Source: Candidatus Eiseniibacteriota bacterium (GTDB lineage Bacteria; Eisenbacteria; RBG-16-71-46). Taken from it: 22,181 nt of DNA. The position numbers and the translations under genes were made by a program. Positions 10,049-17,531 of this stretch are shown one piece after another. The notes beneath the pieces were generated by a model. It was not told the DNA's origin, made no database searches, and saw nothing but the letters and a program-made list of their open reading frames with translations. Positions within the stretch are counted from its first letter, which is position 1. Every line of letters begins with the position of its first letter. Location of the stretch: NCBI GenBank assembly GCA_044222065.1, contig JBGAOA010000069.1:1-22181 (forward strand), given 5' to 3'.

Positions 10049-11413
10049 ATGCGCCCCCGCTCGCTCCGGATCGTCGTTGCAACCCTCGTTCTCGCCCTCG
10101 CCACGGCGCTCGCCGCGGCGCCGGCCAGCGCGTTCGAAGTGATCCGTCACTCGAACATGACCGGCGAGGTGCTCGCCCGTCAGGGCGCGGGACCGATCAC
10201 GCTCAAGTACGTGCAGCAGGGCGTGCGCTGGCCCGACCTCACGCAGTGCGTCTCGGGCTGCTACTGCCCCGCGTACCTGCAGATCTTCTGCTCCGATCCC
10301 GACTCCGCGCAGGTCATCGAGTTCTCGAAGTCGCACTACGACAACAACCAGATCACGCAGTCCATGGAGAACGTCGAGACGCTCATGACGCTCGCGCGCT
10401 CGTGGGTGAATCGCACGACGCCGCCCGCGAACGACGCCGAGCGCAAGATGCTCGGCACGGCGCTCATCTTCTTCGGCGAGGCGCTGCACGCGATCCAGGA
10501 CTTCTACGCGCACTCGACGTGGGCCGAGTCGAACCGGGACCTGATCCGCATCGGCGGCCACCTCTACAGCCTGCCGCTGTGGAACGGCGAAACCTCGGGC
10601 GCGGCCGGATCGGTGAGCATCGGCGGCGTGAACGTCGCGGGCGTCCAGACCGGTTACGTGGACATCGCGCCGCCGGCGGGCTCGGTCACGCACGGCGCGC
10701 TGAACAAGGACGCGCCCGGGACGACGCAGGGCTCGATCGTCGTGAACCGCATCTTCCCGGTGACGCGCATCGGCACGTACTACGAGATCGTGTCCGGCCA
10801 GGTCGGCGGCTCGTTCAACTCGTACACCGACGACGGCGCGGCGCCGCGCCACACGATCAAGGCGCTCCAGTGCCTGTTCGGCGGCTGCGCCATCTACGAC
10901 CTGCCCCCGGTCGCGGACGCGGCCGTTGCGACGGCCGACCTGCGCGAGACGATCCAGCTCAACACGATGCTCAACTGGCTCGAAGCCGATCCCACGATGA
11001 TCTCGACCGCGAACCGCATCGACAGCCTGTGGACGGCTTCGAACCCCGACACGCCGTCCACCTTCCCCTCGGACCAGTTCGATCCCGAGGGCTGGCCGCT
11101 GCCGCCGACGACCGCGGTCGAGGAGCTGTTCCGCCCCGACGTGCGCGTGCTGCAGGCCGTGCCGAATCCGTTCCGCGGCCGCACGGCGATCCGCTTCCGC
11201 GCGCCGCAGGCCGGCGCGGTGCGCGTCGAGGTGTTCGACCTCGTCGGACGTCGCGTGCGCACGCTGCTCGACCGCGAGGTCGAGGCGGGGTGGAAGGAAG
11301 TGTGGTGGGCCGGGCTCGACGAGTCGGGCGTGTCGCTGCCGAGCGGCGCCTACCTCGTGCGATTGAGCGGCTTCGGCCGCGTCGAGACGACGCGCCTCAC
11401 GCTGATGCGCTGA
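10049..11413 (+). CDS. Exported VWA7/Het-C-N-like putative zinc hydrolase with FlgD-Ig/T9SS-like CTD
   Basis: AGGAGG SD; signal peptide ending PASA; motifs FEVIRH, WPD, HYDN, GEALHAIQDFYAHSTWAE, QTGY, HGALNKD; CTD PNPFRG...VFDLVGRRVRTL...W.GLDESGVSLPSGAYLVRL. Confidence 0.85.
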   Translation: MRPRSLRIVVATLVLALATALAAAPASAFEVIRHSNMTGEVLARQGAGPITLKYVQQGVRWPDLTQCVSGCYCPAYLQIFCSDPDSAQVIEFSKSHYDNNQITQSMENVETLMTLARSWVNRTTPPANDAERKMLGTALIFFGEALHAIQDFYAHSTWAESNRDLIRIGGHLYSLPLWNGETSGAAGSVSIGGVNVAGVQTGYVDIAPPAGSVTHGALNKDAPGTTQGSIVVNRIFPVTRIGTYYEIVSGQVGGSFNSYTDDGAAPRHTIKALQCLFGGCAIYDLPPVADAAVATADLRETIQLNTMLNWLEADPTMISTANRIDSLWTASNPDTPSTFPSDQFDPEGWPLPPTTAVEELFRPDVRVLQAVPNPFRGRTAIRFRAPQAGAVRVEVFDLVGRRVRTLLDREVEAGWKEVWWAGLDESGVSLPSGAYLVRLSGFGRVETTRLTLMR

Positions 11414-11437
11414 CGCGCGACGGCTCCCGAAGACGAT

Positions 11438-11469
11438 CGGCCCGCGCGGCGTGCTCGCCGCGCGGGCCG
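11438..11469. terminator. Perfect 14-bp hairpin between convergent genes (probable bidirectional terminator)
   Basis: CGGCCCGCGCGGCG-TGCT-CGCCGCGCGGGCCG between stops at 11413 (+) and 11489 (-); no strong U tract. Confidence 0.65.
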
Positions 11470-11488
11470 CGTCGTTCGGGGCGCGCGC

Positions 11489-12076
11489 TCAGTTCGTCGC
11501 GGGCGCCGCGGCCGTCGAGTCGGCGGCCGCCGGGGCGGGTTCGTTCGCGGCGAGCTTGTCGAGGTTGCCGAGGCCTTCCTCGAAGTCCTTGCCGACCGCC
11601 TTGTCCATGTCCATGAAGACGCACATGACCTTCGACATCATGTTGTGCTTGCCGAGCATCGTCCACGTGACCTTCGTGCCGGCGCCCTCGGGCGCGAAAT
11701 CGAAGTTCGTCGTGCTCGTGGACTCGAACGGCTTCAGGAACTCGAGCTTCATTCCAATGTGCGAGTCCGGCGTGCTCTCGTTGATCGTCATCCGGCCGGC
11801 GCCGGCCTTGTCGTTGCCCGACCACTCGAGCGACGAGCCGGCGCCCGGCTCGCCCGTGATCGTCGACTTCATCGCGGGATCGAGCTTCTGCCACGGGGAC
11901 CACTCGGCGAAGCGATGGAAGTCGTTCACGATCGCGAACGCGGTCGCGGGCGCGGCGGTGACCACGCGCGAGCGCTCGATGCGGAACTCGTCGGGCTTGG
12001 TCGAGGCGAGTCCGAGGACGACGAGGAAGGCGATCGCGACGAGCGCGACGAGGCCGAGCAGAAGCTTCTGGATCAT
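11489..12076 (-). CDS. SRPBCC (polyketide cyclase/dehydrase, lipid transport) family protein with N-terminal membrane anchor
   Basis: GGAG SD, ATG 12076; MIQKLLLGLVALV...KPDEFRIERS...VNDFHRFAEWSPW.KLDP...W.GNDKAGAGRM...LEFLKPF...TKVTWTM...MDKAVGKDFEEGLGNL. Only the last 195 aa of track ORF 11489..13789. Confidence 0.92.
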   Translation of the reverse strand: MIQKLLLGLVALVAIAFLVVLGLASTKPDEFRIERSRVVTAAPATAFAIVNDFHRFAEWSPWQKLDPAMKSTITGEPGAGSSLEWSGNDKAGAGRMTINESTPDSHIGMKLEFLKPFESTSTTNFDFAPEGAGTKVTWTMLGKHNMMSKVMCVFMDMDKAVGKDFEEGLGNLDKLAANEPAPAAADSTAAAPATN

Positions 12077-12270
12077 GCCCACTCCGGGCGCGCGGGGTTC
12101 GGGATCGAGTCGCGCTCCGCGGACGGCGCCGGCTCCGGCGTGCGCACGCCCCCGGCGCACACGGCGGGCGGTCGAGGGCGCGCGCAGGGTAGGAGGTGGA
12201 CCGACCCGCGTCCACACCGACTTGCGCGACGTCGCCGCCGTTCCGACCGGCGCGGCGACCTGCGCGTGAG

Positions 12271-12318
12271 TTGACAGAAAGAGTCCGCGCGCGGACAGTC
12301 CGCCGCGAGTCCGCCGCG
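12271..12318 (+). promoter_or_regulatory. Putative promoter with palindrome and direct repeats
   Basis: TTGACA (12271-12276), 17 nt, GACAGT; perfect palindrome GTCCGCGCGCGGAC (12283-12296); AGTCCGC at 12282, 12297 and 12308. Confidence 0.45.
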
Positions 12319-12502
12319 CGCGCCGTCCCCATTTCCCCGGACGAAGCCTCGGAAGCGCTGCCGCCGCGCGCACGATTCCCGTCGGTCGAGAACCGCCCGT
12401 GTCCCGCGCACCGCCCCGCCTCACCGCCGGCGCGGCACTCCGTCGCGCCGGCCGTTCGCCCGCTCCGCGAGCCCCGGATCCGTCCGGGGGGGAGGCGACT
12501 CC

Positions 12503-14515
12503 ATGTTCCGCGCTCTGCGATTCGCGCGTGCGCCCTCCGCGGCGACCTTCGCGCGCTCGTCCCTTTTCTCGCTCGCACTCGCGACGCTCGTCGCGTGCCT
12601 CACCGAATGCGGTGCCGGCGCCGCCCCCGCTCCGGTCACGCTCTTCAGCACCGCCGTCTGCACCGCGCCCGGCGATCAGTCCGATCCGCAGGTCGTGTCG
12701 GACGGCGGCGGAGGCGCCGTCGTCGTCTGGGTGGATCGCCGCGGTGCGGACGCCGACGTCTATGCGAGCCACCTGCTCGTCTCGGGCGTTCGCGATCCGG
12801 CGTGGCCCGTGGACGGGCTCGCGCTGTGCGCCGCGGGCGGCGACCAGCTCCGCCCGCGCGTCGTGTTCGACGGCGACCACGGATTCGTCGTGGCGTGGGA
12901 GGACGCGCGCCGCGGCGAGCGCGACGTCTACGCGCAGCGCGTCTCGCTCGCGGGCGTGATCGATCCCGCCTGGCCCGCCGGCGGGCTCGCCGTGTGCGCG
13001 GCCGACTCCGATCAGACCGCGCCGACGATCGTCACCGACGGCGCGCGCGGCGCGATCGTCGTGTGGGAGGACGCGCGCGGCGAGTCGGGCACGGATCTCT
13101 ACGCGCAGCACGTCCTCGCGTCGGGCGCACTCGACCCCGGATGGCCCGCCGCCGGCGCGATCGTGGACGCGAGCGGCGACGAGCGGACGCGGCCGCTCGC
13201 CGTGAGCGACGGGGCCGGAGGCGCGATCGTCGTGTTCCTCGTCGCTCGCGAGTTCCCGCCGCCGGTCCCGGCCATCCTCGCGCGCCGCGTGCTCGCCAGC
13301 GGCGTGCTCGATCCCGAGTGGCCCGCCGACGGCGTGCCGACCGGAGGCCTTCGCCCGCCGTTCGACCCGATGGCGTCCGCGCTGCCCTGCTCCGACGGCG
13401 AGGGCGGCGTCTTCGTGATCTCGATTCACGAGAGCATCCTCAGCTCGGTCGTCGTCGATCACGTGAGCCGCTCGGGCATTCACTCGGTCTACGCGGGCCA
13501 TCAGGCGTCCCGGCAAGCGTGGTTCGACGCGATTCGGATCGCCGACGACGGACGGGGCGGCTACGTCGCGAGCTGGGTCCGGTCCTACGACGCGCAGGGT
13601 CCGCCGCCCGAGCACCAGTGGGAGCGGCACTACGAGCTGTTCACGCACGGCTCGACGATGCCGGGCTCCGTGGCGCCGATCTACGTCGGCGAGCCCGTCC
13701 GGAGCAGCGCAGTCGCGACCGACGGCGCGGACGGCGTGCTCATCGCGTGGCGCAGCGAAGCGAGCGATCACGCCCTGCGACTCCATCACGTGTTCTCGAA
13801 CGGGGAGTTCGATCCCGCGTGTCCGCCCGGAGGGAAGTGGCTCTCGAGCACCGCCGGCGCGTACGCGATGGTCTCGGACGGCGCCGGAGGCGCGACGATC
13901 GCGTGGGAGGACTCGTGGCGCGGCGAGGGACTCGACCTCTACGCGTACCGCTCGATCGGCGCGTTTCCGACCGAGGTCACCGCTTCGTTGATCGCGTCGG
14001 AGGTCGCCTCCGATGTCGTTCGCCTGACCTGGCTGTGCCCCGAGTCACGCTCCGCGGCGTTCGAAGTCGAACGCGCGCCCGAGTCCGGCGCGTGGACGCG
14101 CCTCGCGAGCGGCGTGACGGACGCCGCCGGCCGGGCAGGGATCGTGGATCGGGACGTCCGCCCGGGGACGCGTCTCGGCTACCGGCTCGCGTTGCGGGAC
14201 GGCGACCGGGACGCGTTCGTCGGCGAGACCTGGCTCGACGTTCCCTCCGCTCCGGCGCTCGCGATCTCGTGCGCGAACCCGGTCACGTCCGCCGTTCCGC
14301 TCGTGCGCGTGTCGCTGCCCGGATGCGCGCGCGGCGCGCTCGAGTTGTTCGACACCGCAGGGCGCCGTCGCGCGCACGTCGCGCTCGACGCCCTCGGCGC
14401 CGGCTCGCACGCGTTCCCGCTCGGCGCGGGGGCGGCGCTGCCCGCCGGCGTCTACGTCGTTCGTCTCACGCACGGCGATCGCTCGCTCGCGGCGAGGATC
14501 GTGATCGTGCGTTAG
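12503..14515 (+). CDS. Exported repeat (beta-propeller-like) protein with Ig/Fn3-like module and T9SS-like CTD
   Basis: GGAGG SD; hydrophobic N-terminus; roughly 56-aa repeats SDGxGGAxVxWxDxRxGxxDxYAQxV..GxxDPxWPxxG; VRLTW..FEVER..YRL module; CTD NP...LFDTAGRR...LPAGVYVVRL...RIVIVR. Confidence 0.88.
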   Translation: MFRALRFARAPSAATFARSSLFSLALATLVACLTECGAGAAPAPVTLFSTAVCTAPGDQSDPQVVSDGGGGAVVVWVDRRGADADVYASHLLVSGVRDPAWPVDGLALCAAGGDQLRPRVVFDGDHGFVVAWEDARRGERDVYAQRVSLAGVIDPAWPAGGLAVCAADSDQTAPTIVTDGARGAIVVWEDARGESGTDLYAQHVLASGALDPGWPAAGAIVDASGDERTRPLAVSDGAGGAIVVFLVAREFPPPVPAILARRVLASGVLDPEWPADGVPTGGLRPPFDPMASALPCSDGEGGVFVISIHESILSSVVVDHVSRSGIHSVYAGHQASRQAWFDAIRIADDGRGGYVASWVRSYDAQGPPPEHQWERHYELFTHGSTMPGSVAPIYVGEPVRSSAVATDGADGVLIAWRSEASDHALRLHHVFSNGEFDPACPPGGKWLSSTAGAYAMVSDGAGGATIAWEDSWRGEGLDLYAYRSIGAFPTEVTASLIASEVASDVVRLTWLCPESRSAAFEVERAPESGAWTRLASGVTDAAGRAGIVDRDVRPGTRLGYRLALRDGDRDAFVGETWLDVPSAPALAISCANPVTSAVPLVRVSLPGCARGALELFDTAGRRRAHVALDALGAGSHAFPLGAGAALPAGVYVVRLTHGDRSLAARIVIVR

Positions 14516-14531
14516 CTCTCCGGAGGTTCCC

Positions 14532-15263
14532 GTGCCTCGACGCACTTTGCGTTTCGCCGCGCTCGCGTGCGCTTCCGCACTGCTCGCGTTCTGCGCGTTC
14601 CCGGCGGACGCCAATCGCAACGGCATCCGCTGGCTCGATTGCGCGCCGCTCGGACGATTCAACATGACGTTCCCGATCGATCACCCCGCGCCCTACTTCG
14701 TCGTCAGCACCGTGGCGCCGCCCGGCATGACGCGCGTCGTCGGCTTCGACGCGTGGCTCACGCTGAGCGTCGGCGCGCCCACGATGCCGCCGTTCTGGCA
14801 GTCGTGGCCGGGCGGCTGCAGCGACGGAGGCATGGTCGCGCGATTCGACGTCGGCTCGCCGTGGACGAGCTGCGTCGATCCCTGGGGCGGCGAGATGGAG
14901 GGCTCGCTGACCATCACCCCGGAACCCGGCTTCGGGCCGAACACCGTGACGCTGTGGATCCACGGCTCGCTGCCGGAGGGCTCGGAAGTGGCGTTCGATC
15001 CGTCGACCGAGTACGCGCTGTGCGCCGTGTCGGCGCCCGCGGCGTTCGCGTCGCAGTGCGCCGGCGCCATGGCGCCCGGGTGCATCGTGCTCCAGTCGCT
15101 GTGCCTGCGTCAGAGCGACGGCACGGGGCACTGCCAGGGCTATCACGAAGTCGGGACGCCGTGGTGCCTGTGGCAGGACCCGCTCGGGCAGTACCGCGGC
15201 TGCATGCTCCCCGTGCCGGCCGCGCGCACGACGTGGGGCGCGATCAAGATGCTGTATCGCTGA
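14532..15263 (+). CDS. Exported Cys-rich protein with C-terminal TWGxxKxxYR tail
   Basis: GGAGG SD, GTG start, signal peptide ending PADA, 10 Cys in the mature part, ends PVPAARTTWGAIKMLYR. Confidence 0.85.
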   Translation: MPRRTLRFAALACASALLAFCAFPADANRNGIRWLDCAPLGRFNMTFPIDHPAPYFVVSTVAPPGMTRVVGFDAWLTLSVGAPTMPPFWQSWPGGCSDGGMVARFDVGSPWTSCVDPWGGEMEGSLTITPEPGFGPNTVTLWIHGSLPEGSEVAFDPSTEYALCAVSAPAAFASQCAGAMAPGCIVLQSLCLRQSDGTGHCQGYHEVGTPWCLWQDPLGQYRGCMLPVPAARTTWGAIKMLYR

Positions 15264-15801
15264 ACCGGACGGGCGGCGACGCGGCGAGCAGGCGCGCGAT
15301 CGCCGCCCGGCGGTGCTCGAAGATGCGCTCGAGCGTCGGGCGCACGAACCACGCTTCCACGGGCGCGGAGAGCGGCGCGAACGGCACCGCGTACTCGACG
15401 CGGTCGCCGACGCGCGTGCCGTCGCGCTCGCGCTCGAACGTGTGCCGGTGGATCCACGCCGCGTAGGGACCGGCGAGCTGCACGTCGGTGAAGGCGTGCG
15501 GTGGTTCCCAGGCGGCGATGCGCGTGCGCCAGCGGAGCGGCGCGCCGAGGAGCGCGAGGCGGTAGTCGATGAGCGCGCCTTCGCGCATCTCGATCGGCAG
15601 CGGTGTCAGGATCGCGAAGCGCAGGAACGCGGGTGTGATCGCCTCGAGGTTCCGCGCGTCGGCGAAGAACTCGAACGCGCGGTCGAGCGGCGCGGGCACC
15701 CATTGCGAGCACTCGAGCACGCGCCGGCCGGTCGCGGCGTCGCGCGAAAAACGGACGCGCGGGCCGGCGACGGCCCGCGCGTCGGGGAACGCGGAGTTCA
15801 C
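15244..15801 (-). CDS. SRPBCC family protein (ligand-binding/cyclase-like)
   Basis: GTG 15801 overlaps the upstream stop (GTGA); QWVPAPLDRAFEFFADARNLEAITP..LRF...GALIDYRL...LRWRTRI..WEPP..FTDVQL.GPY..W.HRHTF...DRVEY.VP...IFEHRR. Confidence 0.88.
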   Translation of the reverse strand: MNSAFPDARAVAGPRVRFSRDAATGRRVLECSQWVPAPLDRAFEFFADARNLEAITPAFLRFAILTPLPIEMREGALIDYRLALLGAPLRWRTRIAAWEPPHAFTDVQLAGPYAAWIHRHTFERERDGTRVGDRVEYAVPFAPLSAPVEAWFVRPTLERIFEHRRAAIARLLAASPPVRFSDTAS

Positions 15802-16346
15802 CGCACCGAATTCGCCGCCTGCGTGATCCACGCCTGCGTCGCTTCGGGGCCGCCGTAGCCCGAGATCTGCTGCGAGCGTCCCGTGCGCGGCGAGAACACG
15901 ACGAGCGTCGGGAATCCCTCGATGCGGTAGCGGCGCTGCAGCTCGTCGGTCTCGGGCGGGTTGCGGCCGTCCTCGCGGTAGCGGTCCACGACCGACACCG
16001 GGATCACCTGCGCTTCGACCTTGCGAGCCATCTCGGGCACGTCGAACACGGTGCGCTTGAGCATCTGGCACGGACCGCACCACTCGGCATTGAAGTCGAG
16101 CATCACCGGCTTTCCCGTGCGCTGCGACTCGGAGACGGCGCTCGCGTACGAGGTCCAGTGCACCGGTCCCGTCGCGTTCGGACCGTCGAGCCCGAGCGCT
16201 TCGGCGGGCGTCGGCTCGCGCTTCGGGCCGGCCTTCGAATCGGGGAAGTTCGCGATCCCGACGCCCGCCACGAGGGCGATCGGGAGGAGCAGCAGCCACC
16301 ACCACGTCGAGGCGGGGGAACCGCCGGGTTTCGCAGCGTTCGTCAT
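15798..16346 (-). CDS. Membrane-anchored thioredoxin-family protein (WCGPC)
   Basis: GAGGA SD, ATG 16346; TM WWWLLLLPIALVAGVGI; GKPVMLDFNAEWCGPCQML; cis-Pro loop RYRIEGFPTLVV. Confidence 0.9.
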   Translation of the reverse strand: MTNAAKPGGSPASTWWWLLLLPIALVAGVGIANFPDSKAGPKREPTPAEALGLDGPNATGPVHWTSYASAVSESQRTGKPVMLDFNAEWCGPCQMLKRTVFDVPEMARKVEAQVIPVSVVDRYREDGRNPPETDELQRRYRIEGFPTLVVFSPRTGRSQQISGYGGPEATQAWITQAANSVR

Positions 16347-16521
16347 CGGGTTCGTCCTCGATTCGGCCCCTGCGGCCGGTGAACGTCGTCGTACGTCCAT
16401 TGGAGCGCCCGGGACGTCGGAGGATTCGCGCGCTCGGGCGACCGGTCGCGCTTCGCCCGGGATTATCGGCGGCTCGGGCCTCGGCCGCGAGCGCCCGGAG
16501 TTCGGGAGCGTTCGAGCCGCT

Positions 16522-16893
16522 TCATCGCTCCTTCGGCAGCGCCGCTCCCGAAACGCCGGGGTTCGCGGCCCGTGCGAGCGCGCGGGCACGAGTCCTACGC
16601 GCTTCGGCCTCTTCGCTGCGTCCGAGCCCGCCGAGCAGCTCGGACTCCGCCTCGCACACATCGGAGTAGGCGCGCACGACGTCGGGATCCCGAAGCAGCA
16701 GCGCGGCAGCTTCGGCATCGAGTCGGTCGAGCAGCGTCCGGTCCGGGCCGAGGCGCGACGCCGAGGCCTCGCGAATCGCCTCGAGTCCGCTCGTGTAGTC
16801 GGCGTCGGCGCGGGCGCGGGCGACGATCGCGGCGACGAGGTCGCCGAGCTGTCGGATCTGACGCCGGATCGTGTCCTGTTCGAATCGCGGCAG
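16522..16893 (-). CDS. Small helical hypothetical protein (DUF6483-like), probable CTG start
   Basis: GGGGAG SD 6 nt before CTG 16893; (M)PRFEQDTIRRQIRQLGDLVAAIV...LDAEAAALLLRDP; the protein-like tail of shadow ORF 16522..20055. Confidence 0.65.
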   Translation of the reverse strand: MPRFEQDTIRRQIRQLGDLVAAIVARARADADYTSGLEAIREASASRLGPDRTLLDRLDAEAAALLLRDPDVVRAYSDVCEAESELLGGLGRSEEAEARRTRARALARAANPGVSGAALPKER

Positions 16894-16976
16894 CGGAGTC
16901 TCCCCGAGCGTGCGTGCGGCGCGACGTCCGGGAGGATGCCCGATTCCGCGGCGGAAGTCGCGCCGCCGGACGGCGG

Positions 16977-17354
16977 TCAGGCCGCGTTCTCCGCGTCGTT
17001 GCAGTGCCGGGCGCACACGGACTGGATCGCGAGGATGACGCGTCCCGAGGCTTCGACGTACGTCGAGCCCGGCCGCAGCATGCGGCGGGCGGCGTCGCGA
17101 TCGCCGTTCTGCGCCGCCGCGAGCACCGCCGCGGCCTCGCGATGGAATTCGGCGTGCCGCTCGACGAGGCCGAGGAACTCCGGGTCGCTCGAGAGCGCGG
17201 CGCGGTTCTCGCCGATCCAGCGGCCGAGCGTGCAGCGGTCGTCGCGCGCGACCTCGGCGACGACCAGCTCTTCGCCCGAGCGGCCCTCGACGTAGTCCTC
17301 GAGCCGCTGCCGCCACCGTCGGTGGGCGAGGATCCAACCTTTGAAGTCCGCCAT
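16977..17354 (-). CDS. Stand-alone CZB (chemoreceptor zinc-binding) domain protein
   Basis: AHRRWRQRL...DDRCTLGRWI...HAEFHREA gives the 3His/1Cys zinc site; GGAG SD. Confidence 0.88.
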   Translation of the reverse strand: MADFKGWILAHRRWRQRLEDYVEGRSGEELVVAEVARDDRCTLGRWIGENRAALSSDPEFLGLVERHAEFHREAAAVLAAAQNGDRDAARRMLRPGSTYVEASGRVILAIQSVCARHCNDAENAA

Positions 17355-17486
17355 GCGTTGCGCTCCGGGCGAAGCCTCGAACGGGAGAACGTGCCGAAAT
17401 CCGGCGCCCGGGTCCGTGCCGGGCGCACCCCACGTCTAGGCTCGGACCGGCCGGCCGGACCTTGAGCCTCGGCTTCCGAACGCGAC

Positions 17487-17514
17487 CGGGGCGGCCGGAA
17501 TCCCGGCCGCCCCG
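17487..17514 (-). terminator. Perfect 12-bp hairpin just downstream of the 1000-aa gene
   Basis: CGGGGCGGCCGG-AATC-CCGGCCGCCCCG, 17 nt past the stop at 17532; no U tract, so terminator or mRNA-stabilising stem. Confidence 0.55.
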
Positions 17515-17531
17515 CGCATCGCGCGGCCCCC

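Noticed and set aside
12077..13789. Long N-terminal extension of the SRPBCC ORF 11489..13789
   Set aside because: Antisense to the 12503 gene; the SRPBCC starts at ATG 12076 with an SD and membrane anchor.
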